Source of the DNA: Treponema sp.
GTDB lineage: Bacteria; Spirochaetota; Spirochaetia; Treponematales; Breznakiellaceae
DNA length: 59,143 nucleotides
NCBI GenBank assembly: GCA_031279205.1
Contig: JAITIX010000100.1
Span: 1 to 59,143 of the forward strand
Direction: 5' to 3'
Position 1 is the first letter of the stretch. Each line of letters begins with the position of its first letter. The notes below the pieces were generated by a model, which saw only the letters and a program-made list of their open reading frames with translations, made no database searches and was not told the DNA's origin. Positions 26,094 to 35,936 of the stretch are shown here, in pieces. A program made the translations under genes and the position numbers.

Positions 26094-27427
26094 ACATTAC
26101 CTCCAAAAAAGTTATGGTGAACTGCCTTCACCACATCAGACGATTCACTATCGTTCACGATAAAGCTGATATTTACCTTACTCGCGCCCTGAGACAGCAT
26201 CTGCGCCTGTACGCCAATGGCTGCACAGACCCCAAAGACGCGGCTAAGGATTTCCGAAGAACGTTTCACGTCTCCAACAATCGTAACAATGGCCTTGCCG
26301 GTCTTGATTTCTACCGTGGAAAGGGCGGATAGCGCGACTTCCACCTCGGTCAAGTCATACTCGGCGTCTACGGTGAGCGACACGGAAACCTCGCTCGTAG
26401 CAACCATGTCAACCGAAATGCCATATTCAGCAAAGGCCGAAAACACTTTTTTCAAGAACCCGGGTTGACCGACCATGCGGGTGGAAACAATATCCACCAG
26501 TGTAACATTCTTCCGTGAGGTAACCGCCACAACTGGTCGGGTCTTTTCAACTGAGGCAACGATTAGCGTGCCTTGTGCTTCAGGGTTGTATGAATTCTTT
26601 ACGCGAACCGGAATGCCCATTTTAGCGCATGGCTGCATAGCCCGTGGATGAAGCACCTGCGCTCCAAAGTAGGCCAGCTCCGCCGCTTCCTCATAGCTCA
26701 CCTCATCAACCAGCTTGGCATCTGGCGCCAGACGCGGGTCAGCAGTCAAAATGCCGTCAACGTCTTTCCAGACCTGAGCTTCCTCAGCCCGACACGCCGC
26801 CGCAATCACCGTGGCGCTCAAGTCGGAGCCGCCGCGTCCCAAAGTGGTGATGCTGCCCTTCTCATCTTTGGCGATAAAGCCGGTAAGCACGGGCAGTATC
26901 CCCTCATTGATGAGTGGCAGGAGGCGTTCAGGGATAAGGCTCCAGCTTTTTTTCAGGAGCCATGCAGACGAAAAGTTTGAGTCAGAGCAAAAGCCCGCAT
27001 CCCAAGCGTCCAGTGCCTTTGCTTTACATCCAATTGAGCATAGGTAGGTTGCCATGATTCGCGCCGACAGCCGCTCCCCAAAAGACAGGAGGTAGTCCCT
27101 GGTCTTGTTCGTCAGTTCCCGTATCATCGAGATACCGATAAGAAGGCTCCGCAGTTCCTCAAACATGGAGCGAATCTCTTCATGGACCACCGCGTTGAGC
27201 TTGAGTTCCTGTATGGTCTTGTTATGCAGTTCCTCGATTTTGGTAATCGAAACCGAGCGTGTTTTCAGCGCGGCTTCAGCAGATTCGATCAGATGATCGG
27301 TCGTGTTCCCCATTGCCGAGACAACCAGCACTGGTTTCCGTGCAAGCTGCCCCAGCACAATCTCGGCCACGTGGCGTACCCGATCCGCGTTAGCCACGGA
27401 GCTTCCGCCGAATTTCATTACAATCAT
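26087..27427 (-). CDS. lysC: Aspartate kinase
   Basis: 446 aa with KFGGSSVANADRV, GRGGSDLSA and C-terminal ACT repeats. Confidence 0.9.
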   Translation of the reverse strand: MIVMKFGGSSVANADRVRHVAEIVLGQLARKPVLVVSAMGNTTDHLIESAEAALKTRSVSITKIEELHNKTIQELKLNAVVHEEIRSMFEELRSLLIGISMIRELTNKTRDYLLSFGERLSARIMATYLCSIGCKAKALDAWDAGFCSDSNFSSAWLLKKSWSLIPERLLPLINEGILPVLTGFIAKDEKGSITTLGRGGSDLSATVIAAACRAEEAQVWKDVDGILTADPRLAPDAKLVDEVSYEEAAELAYFGAQVLHPRAMQPCAKMGIPVRVKNSYNPEAQGTLIVASVEKTRPVVAVTSRKNVTLVDIVSTRMVGQPGFLKKVFSAFAEYGISVDMVATSEVSVSLTVDAEYDLTEVEVALSALSTVEIKTGKAIVTIVGDVKRSSEILSRVFGVCAAIGVQAQMLSQGASKVNISFIVNDSESSDVVKAVHHNFFGGNVC

Positions 27428-27455
27428 TAGCTTTCCTTGTTAGTGGCTAGTGGTT

Positions 27456-27608
27456 GAGCCTGTTCCAAAACTCAAGCCGGAGTTCCGAACTTCGATTTTC
27501 TCACTCAGAACTCTCTCTGGTTATCTCGCTTCGAACTCCGAATGGCTTGTTCTGAACAGAATTTATCCACACTAACTCACTATAATATTGAGGTTTTGGA
27601 ACAGCCTC
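27456..27608. repeat. 153-bp element bounded by ~20-bp inverted repeats and flanked by GGTT on both sides (MITE-like insertion or structured lysC leader)
   Basis: GAGCCTGTTCCAAAACTCAA (27456-27475) pairs with TTGAGGTTTTGGAACAGCCTC (27588-27608), with one mismatch and one bulge. A nested CGGAGTTC/GAACTCCG helix lies inside. GGTT lies directly outside each arm. Confidence 0.6.
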
Positions 27609-27611
27609 GGT

Positions 27612-28394
27612 TTATTTTTCTATATCCTTAAAATATCGGACCGTGCCAACCATAAGTTCGTCAGTGGCGTCTTCGTCGCAGACAATAATGGCTTTAGGAT
27701 GCTGCTGGAGGCAGGAAGCCGTCCACATCTGGTTAACACTCCCCTCGACTGCAGCTTTGAGCGCCCGCGCCTTGTTCCGGCCACTCACAATAAGCAGGAC
27801 TTCCCGCGCATCCATGATGGTTCCCACGCCCACGGTGAGCGCAGTTGTGGGGACTTTGCTCCTGTCGCCGTCAAAGAACCGGGCGTTAGCGCTGATGGTG
27901 TCCTCAGTGAGGGTCTTCACTCTGGTACGCGAAGCGAGGGAAGAGCCGGGTTCGTTGAAGGCGATGTGGCCGTCAATGCCCATGCCGCCGAGGAACAACT
28001 CAATGCCGCCGCAGGAAGCGATCCGCTCCTCATAGGCTGCACACTCTGCCGTTAAATCAGCGACCATACCATCAAGGATATTCACGTTTTTCTGGTTTAT
28101 ATCGATATGCTTAAAGAAATTGTCATACATGAAACGATGATAGCTCTGGGGATGGTCGGCCGAAAGTCCCACATACTCATCCATGTTAAAGGTAACGATG
28201 TTGCGGAACGAGATTTTCCCCTGTTTGTTGCCCGCGATAAGCTCGCGATAAATCCCCAGCGGGCCTGATCCGGTGGGTAATCCCAGCACAAAGGGCTTTG
28301 AGGCGCTTGGTTCAAACGCGCTGATCCGGTTTATGATGTATGTTGCGGCCCACTTGCTCGCTGCATCATAGCCTTTACGAATAATAAGGCGCAT
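27612..28394 (-). CDS. nagB: Glucosamine-6-phosphate deaminase
   Basis: 260 aa with [11 protein letters not shown] and FNMDEYVGL. Size is typical of NagB. Confidence 0.9.
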   Translation of the reverse strand: MRLIIRKGYDAASKWAATYIINRISAFEPSASKPFVLGLPTGSGPLGIYRELIAGNKQGKISFRNIVTFNMDEYVGLSADHPQSYHRFMYDNFFKHIDINQKNVNILDGMVADLTAECAAYEERIASCGGIELFLGGMGIDGHIAFNEPGSSLASRTRVKTLTEDTISANARFFDGDRSKVPTTALTVGVGTIMDAREVLLIVSGRNKARALKAAVEGSVNQMWTASCLQQHPKAIIVCDEDATDELMVGTVRYFKDIEK

Positions 28395-29583
28395 AATCAG
28401 TTCTCCTTGAGATCACAAAACTGTTTTTTTTAATAATACCATCTACAATGACGGTTTGCACGGTAAAGTCTTTGTCAAACACGCTTATGTCCGCGTCATA
28501 CCCTGGAATGATAGCGCCTTTCATGGCGTAACGCATGATCTGCGCCGGGTTACGGGTGGCGGTCTTCACCGCATCCTCAAGACTGAAGCCAAAAGCTACC
28601 AGGTTCTGTACACCACGTATCATCGTCAGCGCAGAACCAGCGATTACGTCGTCGGTTACGCGGTGAAACACGCCGTCATGGAACACCACCTCTTCGCCGT
28701 TGGCAAAGAACGGGCCGGTTTCTTGCTCAGTCGGCTTGAGCGAGTCAGTTACCAGCACAAGTCGCTCAATTGCCTTGTCCCGCTGTAAGAGCTTGAACAG
28801 ATGCGGGTGAACGTGAAAACCGTCGGCAATGATTTCACACGACAGTTCTGGATGAATGAGTACCGCGCCCACCGCGTTAGGGTTACGGTGTTCCATGTGA
28901 CGCATGGCGTTGAAGAGGTGGGTGGTATGGAGTATGCCCGTTTGCATAGCCTCTACCATGTTCTCATAATTGGCATCGGTATGGCCGACTTGCAGGATTA
29001 TACCTTTCTTGATACAGAAGAGCGCGAGTTCCCGCATACCTTTGAGTTCCGGTGCGACAGTCATATTGACAATATGACCATCCGAGGCTTCCCAGAGCTG
29101 TTCCATAAAGGGGATGTCAACAGCGCGTACGGTTTCAGGTCGCTGTACACCGAGCCGCGTAGGCGAGATAAACGGCCCCTCAAGGTGCAGTCCCATGATC
29201 TGCGCGCCCTCTTCCCTTCCCATAGCTGCCGCCACATTACGGACAGCTTCAATCATCCGTTCCCCTTCTGAAGGGTAGAGCGCTGGGTTAAAGGCCGTTA
29301 CCCCATATTGAGCAAGGAGGCGGGACATAGCCAGTACCGAATCGGTGGAAGCGTCATCGGTACCAAAGCCGCCAAAGCCATGTATATGCGTATCAATAAA
29401 ACCGGGTGTGATGTACGCGCCCTTTACGTCGATAATTTGTACTTCTGTATTAAAACGCCTTTGCTCAAAACGCCGTCGAGAGAAAACATCAGCCACTTTG
29501 TTGTCTTCAAGAAGCACCGCGCAGCCTTCCATGGCGGTAAAACCGTTCATCACGGTTCCATTATGTAAACAAATAACACTCAT
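28375..29583 (-). CDS. nagA: N-acetylglucosamine-6-phosphate deacetylase
   Basis: 402 aa with [12 protein letters not shown] and other amidohydrolase-fold motifs. It overlaps nagB by 20 nt. Confidence 0.9.
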   Translation of the reverse strand: MSVICLHNGTVMNGFTAMEGCAVLLEDNKVADVFSRRRFEQRRFNTEVQIIDVKGAYITPGFIDTHIHGFGGFGTDDASTDSVLAMSRLLAQYGVTAFNPALYPSEGERMIEAVRNVAAAMGREEGAQIMGLHLEGPFISPTRLGVQRPETVRAVDIPFMEQLWEASDGHIVNMTVAPELKGMRELALFCIKKGIILQVGHTDANYENMVEAMQTGILHTTHLFNAMRHMEHRNPNAVGAVLIHPELSCEIIADGFHVHPHLFKLLQRDKAIERLVLVTDSLKPTEQETGPFFANGEEVVFHDGVFHRVTDDVIAGSALTMIRGVQNLVAFGFSLEDAVKTATRNPAQIMRYAMKGAIIPGYDADISVFDKDFTVQTVIVDGIIKKNSFVISRRTDYAPYYS

Positions 29584-29595
29584 AGCACGTGAATC

Positions 29596-30036
29596 TTAGT
29601 GGTTTAGAACGGTAACCACCCGTTCAAGCACCTTTCTACGGTCAAGCGGCTTAACGATAAAGCTTTTTGCGCCCAGCATGAGGCATTTTTTGACCACATC
29701 CTGCTTACCCAAAGCGCTAACCATGATTATCTTTGCGTTCTTGTCAAATTCAAGTATTTTCTCCAAAGCAGTAACGCCATCCATCACTGGCATTGTGATG
29801 TCCATGGTCACCAAATCAACCTTAGGGTGCAGTTCCTTGTATTTTTCAAGCGCCTGAGCGCCATCGCCCGCGCTTGCCAGTACCTCGAATCTCTCGGATG
29901 TGAATATCTGACCAAGTTGTTTCGCGATAAACATGGAATCATCAACCACAAGAACCCGATACGGACTACCATCGGATGGGCGCAAACCATCGGGGACTTT
30001 TTCATTAACTCCAATACCGGTATCAATTTTTGCCAT
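29596..30036 (-). CDS. Stand-alone CheY-like receiver protein
   Basis: VLVVDDS, DLVTMDITMPVMDG, MVSALG and the VKP Lys supply all the receiver-domain hallmarks. There is no output domain. It lies 12 nt upstream of nagA. Confidence 0.8.
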   Translation of the reverse strand: MAKIDTGIGVNEKVPDGLRPSDGSPYRVLVVDDSMFIAKQLGQIFTSERFEVLASAGDGAQALEKYKELHPKVDLVTMDITMPVMDGVTALEKILEFDKNAKIIMVSALGKQDVVKKCLMLGAKSFIVKPLDRRKVLERVVTVLNH

Positions 30037-30135
30037 CTAGCATCTCCTTTTCTTTTAATTTTACCATAGATGTTATCTATTCGGCTATTTCAAGTCAAGT
30101 TACCAGTAGTGTACTATGCCATCACGCAGATAACT

Positions 30136-31656
30136 TCACATAAGCGGGGCGAAGGGGCGCAGTATGTCCTGAACAATCCGCTGGAAGGCATTACGGGCGC
30201 AGTCTTTCAGTGTGATCTGGCGGCAGGATGGCAGGGTCGCCAGAAAGTCCTCTTTAATAAAAGAGATTGTTCTATTCTTGTATAGCCATACGCCACATTC
30301 AAAGTGCAGGTAGAGACTGCGGAAGTCGAGGTTGGTGGTGCCGACTGTAGCCACCTTGTCGTCCGAGACAAAGGTCTTGGAATGGTTAAAGCCGTCTGTG
30401 TACTCGTAGATTTTAACACCAGCGGATACCAGTTCACGGTAGTAGGAACGGGACGTAATCGCCACGATCTTCTTGTCCCAGCGGTGCGGGGTGATGATAC
30501 GCACGTCAACACCGCTCTTGGCAGCCAGTTTCAGCGCGGACAGCAGGTTTTCATCTACCACCAGATAAGGGGTGTTGATGTACAGATACTCCCGCGCGTT
30601 GTTGATGATCTGGATGTAGACGTGTTCCCCCACATTTTCATCATCAATGGGGCTGTCTGCGTAAGGCTGGACATAGCCATCAGAGGGGATGAGGCAGGCG
30701 CTTTCCCGCCATGGATAAAACGCTTCATACACGATCTTCTGAGGTTGTTGCAGGTTCCACATTTGCAAAAAGATAAGAGTGAAGCTCCAAGCCGCCTCCC
30801 CTTCCAGCATGATGGCCGCGTCTTTCCAGTGGCCAAAGCGCTCAAGGGCGTTTATGTACTCGTCGCCAATGTTTATGCCACCGGTAAAAGCCACTTTCCC
30901 ATCAACAACAACGATTTTACGGTGGTCGCGGTTGTTCTGATGCGATGAGAGAATGGGCTGAAAGGGGTTAAACACCTCACACTTGATCCCCTTCTCTGCC
31001 AGACGCCGTTTATAGTTTGACGGCAACATGAAACACCCTAAGTCATCATATATGAGTCGCACGTCCAGACCAGAGGCAGCCTTGGATTCAAGAACATCCA
31101 TGATGGTATCCAGCATATATCCCTCTTTAATAATGAAGAATTCGATAAAAATGTATCGCTCAGCCTTAGTCAGTTCTTCAACGATTTTTGCAAAAAAGCG
31201 CTCGCCTGACGCGAAATACTCGGCCTGGGTGTGGGTGTACACTGGAAAGCCTGCGTGGTTCTGTAAGTAGCGAACCTGATTGAGGCAATCCTTACCCTCA
31301 AGGAGTGGTAATACGTCGCCGGGTAGAAAATAGAGGGGGTACGTAGGTCGCTTGCTTTCTTGAACCAGACGGCGTAGCTTTCGGGAGTCAATTTGGGAGT
31401 GGAGAAGTATGTAAAGAAAGCCTCCGAACACGGGAAACACCAGAAAGAGGAAGAGCCATGTGAGTTTATAACCGGACTTACCCTGTTTGTTGACGATGTA
31501 GAAGCTGACTATAATGCTTAGAGCCTTCATAGCCATGTTCACATGCCAGAAAACCATACTTGATCCGGCAAGGAATGACAGGATACAGGCGATCTGGATA
31601 AGCAGGATGGCGATGACATAGACACGCCGTCTGAATATCACGCGAATCAAGCTCAT
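30136..31656 (-). CDS. cls: Cardiolipin synthase (PLD superfamily)
   Basis: It has two HKD motifs (HRKIVVVDGKVAFTGGINIGDEY and HSKTFVSDDKVATVGTTNLDFRS) after N-terminal TM helices. The start is either ATG 31656 or TTG 31689. Confidence 0.85.
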   Translation of the reverse strand: MSLIRVIFRRRVYVIAILLIQIACILSFLAGSSMVFWHVNMAMKALSIIVSFYIVNKQGKSGYKLTWLFLFLVFPVFGGFLYILLHSQIDSRKLRRLVQESKRPTYPLYFLPGDVLPLLEGKDCLNQVRYLQNHAGFPVYTHTQAEYFASGERFFAKIVEELTKAERYIFIEFFIIKEGYMLDTIMDVLESKAASGLDVRLIYDDLGCFMLPSNYKRRLAEKGIKCEVFNPFQPILSSHQNNRDHRKIVVVDGKVAFTGGINIGDEYINALERFGHWKDAAIMLEGEAAWSFTLIFLQMWNLQQPQKIVYEAFYPWRESACLIPSDGYVQPYADSPIDDENVGEHVYIQIINNAREYLYINTPYLVVDENLLSALKLAAKSGVDVRIITPHRWDKKIVAITSRSYYRELVSAGVKIYEYTDGFNHSKTFVSDDKVATVGTTNLDFRSLYLHFECGVWLYKNRTISFIKEDFLATLPSCRQITLKDCARNAFQRIVQDILRPFAPLM

Positions 31657-31676
31657 TCCAATCTCTTTTATTCTCT

Positions 31677-32342
31677 TTAAGCAGGCCAAGGTCCTAATCC
31701 AGCGCGTAATACTTGAGGTTCATCACCGCTTATATCAACGACCGTTGAGAAAAGCCGCTCCTGCTCAATCCCACTATCAAGAATAAGGGCTATCCATTCA
31801 AGCGCCTCAAGCTCCCAACCACCTTCAAACAACTCATCTTCTGGAATCACCGGGAACTCGTCCACGCTCTGCTCCTCAGCCCCATCGCCATCAAAGTCAG
31901 GTAGCATACCTCGCTTGGCGGTAATCGAATACAGGGGAACGCTTAGGCTTCTTATAAGCGCGAGCGGAATCTGATGAGCAGGAATACGGATACCGATCTC
32001 TTTGCGGCGCAGGCCAAGAGACTTTTCAGTGCCAAGAAGGGTTTTCAGCACAAAGACATACGGCCCTGGCACGAATCGTTTGATAAGCCTGAACTGGCTG
32101 TTATCCATGCGGCACAATTCCCCAAATTGGGAAATATCCGAACAAAGCAGGGTAAAGTGCCGCTCGTCCCGCTCACCTGAATGAGCCTTTAGCTTTTTAA
32201 TGCCACTGGCTGACTTAAGCGAACACACAATACTCCAGCTCGTGTCTGTCGGCAGGGCAAGCAGCCCGCCTTCGGAAAGAAGCCGGCAGGCACGGTCAAG
32301 AACGCGATCATCAATATTGCCAGGAACCACATACTTAATCAT
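31677..32342 (-). CDS. tsaC: YrdC/Sua5-domain protein (L-threonylcarbamoyladenylate synthase family)
   Basis: LALPTDTSWSIVCS...RLIKRFVPGPYVFVL...IGIRIPAH follows the YrdC domain pattern. Confidence 0.7.
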   Translation of the reverse strand: MIKYVVPGNIDDRVLDRACRLLSEGGLLALPTDTSWSIVCSLKSASGIKKLKAHSGERDERHFTLLCSDISQFGELCRMDNSQFRLIKRFVPGPYVFVLKTLLGTEKSLGLRRKEIGIRIPAHQIPLALIRSLSVPLYSITAKRGMLPDFDGDGAEEQSVDEFPVIPEDELFEGGWELEALEWIALILDSGIEQERLFSTVVDISGDEPQVLRAGLGPWPA

Positions 32343-32471
32343 ATTTTCAGCATATCACAAAAAGTGCCACACTTCAATTCTATACTGTTTCCAAATTGAA
32401 ATTTGGGAACGCTTCCACCAACTATTGTCTTTCCTTACCACCGTATGGATATTTGAGCGTATGGAGGATTT

Positions 32472-33380
32472 ATGAAAAAAAGGATTGCACTTCTTTTGAT
32501 TCTCGGCGCCCTTCCACTCTGGGCTACGGGCTATCAACAGGTGGAACCGCGCCCCGACGACGGAAGAGGCCTGGCTTTACTGGCTGACCTGATCGGGGTG
32601 GAGACAACGCTGATTCCTGTGGAGAAATCCGGCTGGGTAGACCTGTACGGAGACGATCAGTATGAGGAATTCTTCGTAGTGTGCAGGGATAGTCTTGCTA
32701 TCGCCAGCAAACGGAATAGACAAAACGTCCTGCTTTATGAGCAAGGCTGGAAGTATCCAGACCTTGATTACTTTGATATCGTATTTTTTGAGCGGAATAC
32801 TCAGCCACAGATACTGCTCATCTGTAGCGGCGGCTCGGCGCACATCTTTGAGTTCTCGATCCTTGAGTACAAGTCCGGCGCGATCAAGACCTTATACACC
32901 TCGGAAATGGCGGGAGAAGATGGATGGTACTACTTCATCGACCAGCGCTTGCTTTTCTCGGATGGTGGCGGTAAATATGCACTTACCTACAATAATGGTA
33001 TGTACCACCTTGTCCCATACAACAGCATGAATGGGTTTTCCGCGCCAAACACCATATACTTTAGCCTGCAACGCGACGGATTGGGCATATCCTTTAACGA
33101 CGCCCCCCTTATGTTTACAGCCAATCAGATGGCGTTTTATGCTGAACAGCCCGTTAACGCCCCGCTGAATGAGTGGATACTGCTTAATGATAACCTAAAC
33201 AGGACGAATTCCAGCCTAAATCCACCCGGAGCCATCAAACCTTTCATGTTTAACGATTACCACAACATTAAATGGGAAAATGGTTTATACAGCCGCTTTC
33301 GCTTTACCGCCTCCGGAACCTATAACATGGCTTTTCGCTTTGACTACACCTTTTACTACGTTACATTTGTAGTGAACTAG
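32472..33380 (+). CDS. Secreted hypothetical protein
   Basis: It has a clear signal peptide (MKKRIALLLILGALPLWATG). The 302 aa are Tyr/Phe/Asn-rich with no recognised domain. Confidence 0.55.
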   Translation: MKKRIALLLILGALPLWATGYQQVEPRPDDGRGLALLADLIGVETTLIPVEKSGWVDLYGDDQYEEFFVVCRDSLAIASKRNRQNVLLYEQGWKYPDLDYFDIVFFERNTQPQILLICSGGSAHIFEFSILEYKSGAIKTLYTSEMAGEDGWYYFIDQRLLFSDGGGKYALTYNNGMYHLVPYNSMNGFSAPNTIYFSLQRDGLGISFNDAPLMFTANQMAFYAEQPVNAPLNEWILLNDNLNRTNSSLNPPGAIKPFMFNDYHNIKWENGLYSRFRFTASGTYNMAFRFDYTFYYVTFVVN

Positions 33381-33440
33381 CCCTTAACTGAACAATGTGG
33401 TAACATAAGGTGGTTTCAGAACTCTAAATGGGAGTCTTTT

Positions 33441-34046
33441 ATGAAAGGATCGGTTCTAGTGGTATTGGTAGCAGGCATAGGAAGCCGCTATGGTGGCTTA
33501 AAACAGGTTGACCGCATCGGCAAAAGCGGCGAAACCATGCTGGACTATTCAGTGTATGACGCGTTCCGCTCCAACTTTCAGAAAGTCGTCTCATACCGGC
33601 TCGATAAAACCCTCAGTCCGCAGGGAAGCGTGGCGCGCGGGGTCTGCGGTATCGAGAACGGCTATCTCGTTTCAGTGGAAGAGCTGACGGCGATTAGCCA
33701 GCGGGACGGACGCATCTTCAACACCGCACCAGACGGCACGGAACGCGACCTCGCACCGGACACACCGGTATCAATGAACTTCTGGGGCTTTCCGCTGGAG
33801 GCTATTTCCCACATACGCCGCTACTTCGAGAAGTTTCTCAAGACCTCAGTCGGCGACCCCAAGAGAGAATGTTACATTCCGCGCACCGTGGATTGGCTCA
33901 TCAAAAATAAAACGCTTTCGTTCAAGGCGTTAAACGCTGGCGCGGACTGGTTTGGCGTTATTTATAAGGAAGACAAGGCAAGCACGACCGCTCGTGTGGC
34001 CGAGCTTGTGGCGCGGAGTGTTTATCCTGCGTCTTTATGGGCATAG
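33441..34046 (+). CDS. Sugar-phosphate nucleotidyltransferase-family protein, apparently internally deleted
   Basis: The N-terminal VLVAGIGSRYGGLKQ is a nucleotidyltransferase G-loop. At only 201 aa it appears to jump from the first beta-alpha unit (..FQKVV) straight into C-terminal-region sequence (SYRLDKTLSPQGSVARGVCG...). Confidence 0.55.
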   Translation: MKGSVLVVLVAGIGSRYGGLKQVDRIGKSGETMLDYSVYDAFRSNFQKVVSYRLDKTLSPQGSVARGVCGIENGYLVSVEELTAISQRDGRIFNTAPDGTERDLAPDTPVSMNFWGFPLEAISHIRRYFEKFLKTSVGDPKRECYIPRTVDWLIKNKTLSFKALNAGADWFGVIYKEDKASTTARVAELVARSVYPASLWA

Positions 34047-34135
34047 TCTACCTGATAGCTCACAAACGGCGCTGTACTTTATCATCTATGACAGCTTTGA
34101 AGGCGCCGCGCCGTTTGACTGAGGCTTGGGATCAC

Positions 34136-34320
34136 CCTGATCGCTTTAGCTTTTGTCCTGATCGCTTTAGCTTTTGTCCTGATCGCTTTAGCTTTTGTCC
34201 TGATCGCTTTAGCTTTTGTCCTGATCGCTTTAGCTTTTGTCCTGATCGCTTTAGCTTTTGTCTTGATCGCTTTAGCTTTTGTCTTGATCGCTTTAGCTTT
34301 TGTCTTGATCGCTTTAGCTT
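34136..34320. repeat. Tandem array 1: 21-bp unit, about 8.8 copies
   Basis: It has 6 copies of CCTGATCGCTTTAGCTTTTGT followed by 3 copies of CTTGATCGCTTTAGCTTTTGT (the last truncated). Every unit contains GATC. Confidence 0.95.
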
Positions 34321-34433
34321 TCAGTCCGGCCTGCGGTATGTTGCGCATGGCTGCTGTCGCAAGTGGAGCGCGCTGAAGTCCCTTGACAAGGCGTTAAGCG
34401 GATCGCGCAGACGGTACTTATGCGGACGTTAAC

Positions 34434-35850
34434 ATGGAGAGAAGTATGTTAAAGGGTTTGCTTTTTTTCGCAAAGATATGCTGGAAGTCGAGCAAAAAAT
34501 ATATCGTGTATCTCTTTCTTAATGAAATAATCAACGCTGTTCAGCCTTTGTATAACATCATTCTGTCAAAGTATATTATTGATGAATTGACCGGCCGGCA
34601 AGATACGCAGAAAATCATCATGTATATAGCCGCTACTGTTTTAGGCAACTGGGCGTTAAGCCTGCTGCAAGGGTATTTCTCATTATTTATGGTGATATGC
34701 ACGGGTTCGGCTATGTTCTTGACAGCGCTGTATCTATCATTAGTAAGGTTGTTTTGTTTGCTGGTATCATTTACTATAATCGCAACCCTGAATCCTTTCG
34801 TATTGGTCTTTTTTATACTTCTGGTTCTGTTAAGCGCTTATGTTGAAAACTGGGCTGAAAAGAAATGCGTAGAACTTTATATGAACCTTTCAGAGATTGA
34901 ACGACGGGGAATGTACCTTTCCGATATATTTGATTCTTTGAGATTCGCGAAAGGAATCCGGCTTAGTCAATTAAACGACTGGTTAATAAAAAAGCTTCGG
35001 GAACATCATAAAAAAGCAAACGCTTTGTACAAAAGGGTGAGCAGGTACAGAAACAATTCAAGTATTACAAAGGCGACTGTTTTTATGGCGCAAAACGGGA
35101 CAGCGTATGTTTATCTTGTTTTTCAGGTGCTTAATGGCTTTATCTCCATAGGCAACTTTTATATGTATATCTCGGCGGTATCTTCGTTTACCAACGCCAT
35201 GCGGGAAGTGCTGTCGCGGCTGGTTGCCATACGGCAGTTCCAGCCATACTATACGATCCGGTTGAGGGAGGCATCTTTCTTGACGGCGTTGATATTCGGG
35301 AATTTGACTATGAGCAGTATATGTCGCTTTACGCTGTCGTGTTTCAGGATTTTGCCTGTTTGCCTTTTCCCTCAAAGAAAACGTGGCTCTGGCACAGGCC
35401 GAAGAAACAGATGACGCCGTTGTCTATGAAAAGTTGGCGCAGAGCGGATTAAAACAGCGGCTTGAGGCCTTGAACCAGGGAATACATACCTCAGTTTACA
35501 AACAGTTTGACGAAAGCGGTTTTGAGCCATCGGGCGGCGAGGCGCAGAAAATAGCGCTTGCGCGCGCCTTGTGCAAGAACGCGCAAGGCGTAATCTTGGA
35601 CGAGCCAACCTCAGCCCTTGATCCAAAAGCGGAGTATGAAATGTACCTCAAGTTTGATGAGCTGGTAGAGGGGAAGAGCGCGCTATTTATTTCCCATCGT
35701 TTGTCAAGCTGCCGTTTTTGCGACAGCATTGTCGTCTTACAAAGCGGGCGTGTTATCGAGACCGGAGCCCATACTGAATTGCTAAACGCTAACGGCGTAT
35801 ACGCGAACCTCTATAACATGCAGGCACGGTACTATATCGATAAAGAATAA
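34434..35850 (+). pseudogene. Fused TMD-NBD ABC exporter, disrupted (frameshifts plus loss of the Walker A region)
   Basis: The TMD reads in frame 0 to about 35265. GIFLDGVDIREFDYEQYMSLYAVVFQD reads in a second frame (from 35270). FSLKENVALAQ...SGGEAQKIALARAL...ILDEPTSALD...SHRL reads in a third frame (from about 35350, at a T4 run). I found no GxxGxGK(S/T) in any frame. Confidence 0.7.
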
Positions 35851-35936
35851 GTGATCTTGCGCAGACCACATCTCTCAGGTTTTAACGCTTGGTAAGCGGC
35901 CGTTCCCGCCACGAGCAACAGGAGCGGCGGGTTTAC

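Noticed and set aside
27428-27611. Lysine riboswitch (L-box) in the lysC leader
   Set aside because: None of the conserved L-box segments I know (AGAGGCGC, GCCGAAG, CUGUCA, GGAGAGCU) are present on the minus strand. I reported it instead as an inverted-repeat element of unknown role.
34037-34432. 131-aa ORF (PDRFSFC heptads), and its 88-aa antisense partner 34082-34348, spanning array 1
   Set aside because: It is open only because the 21-bp unit is a multiple of 3 and lacks stops. The flanking parts have no protein-like features or RBS, so I treated it as a DNA repeat and not a gene.
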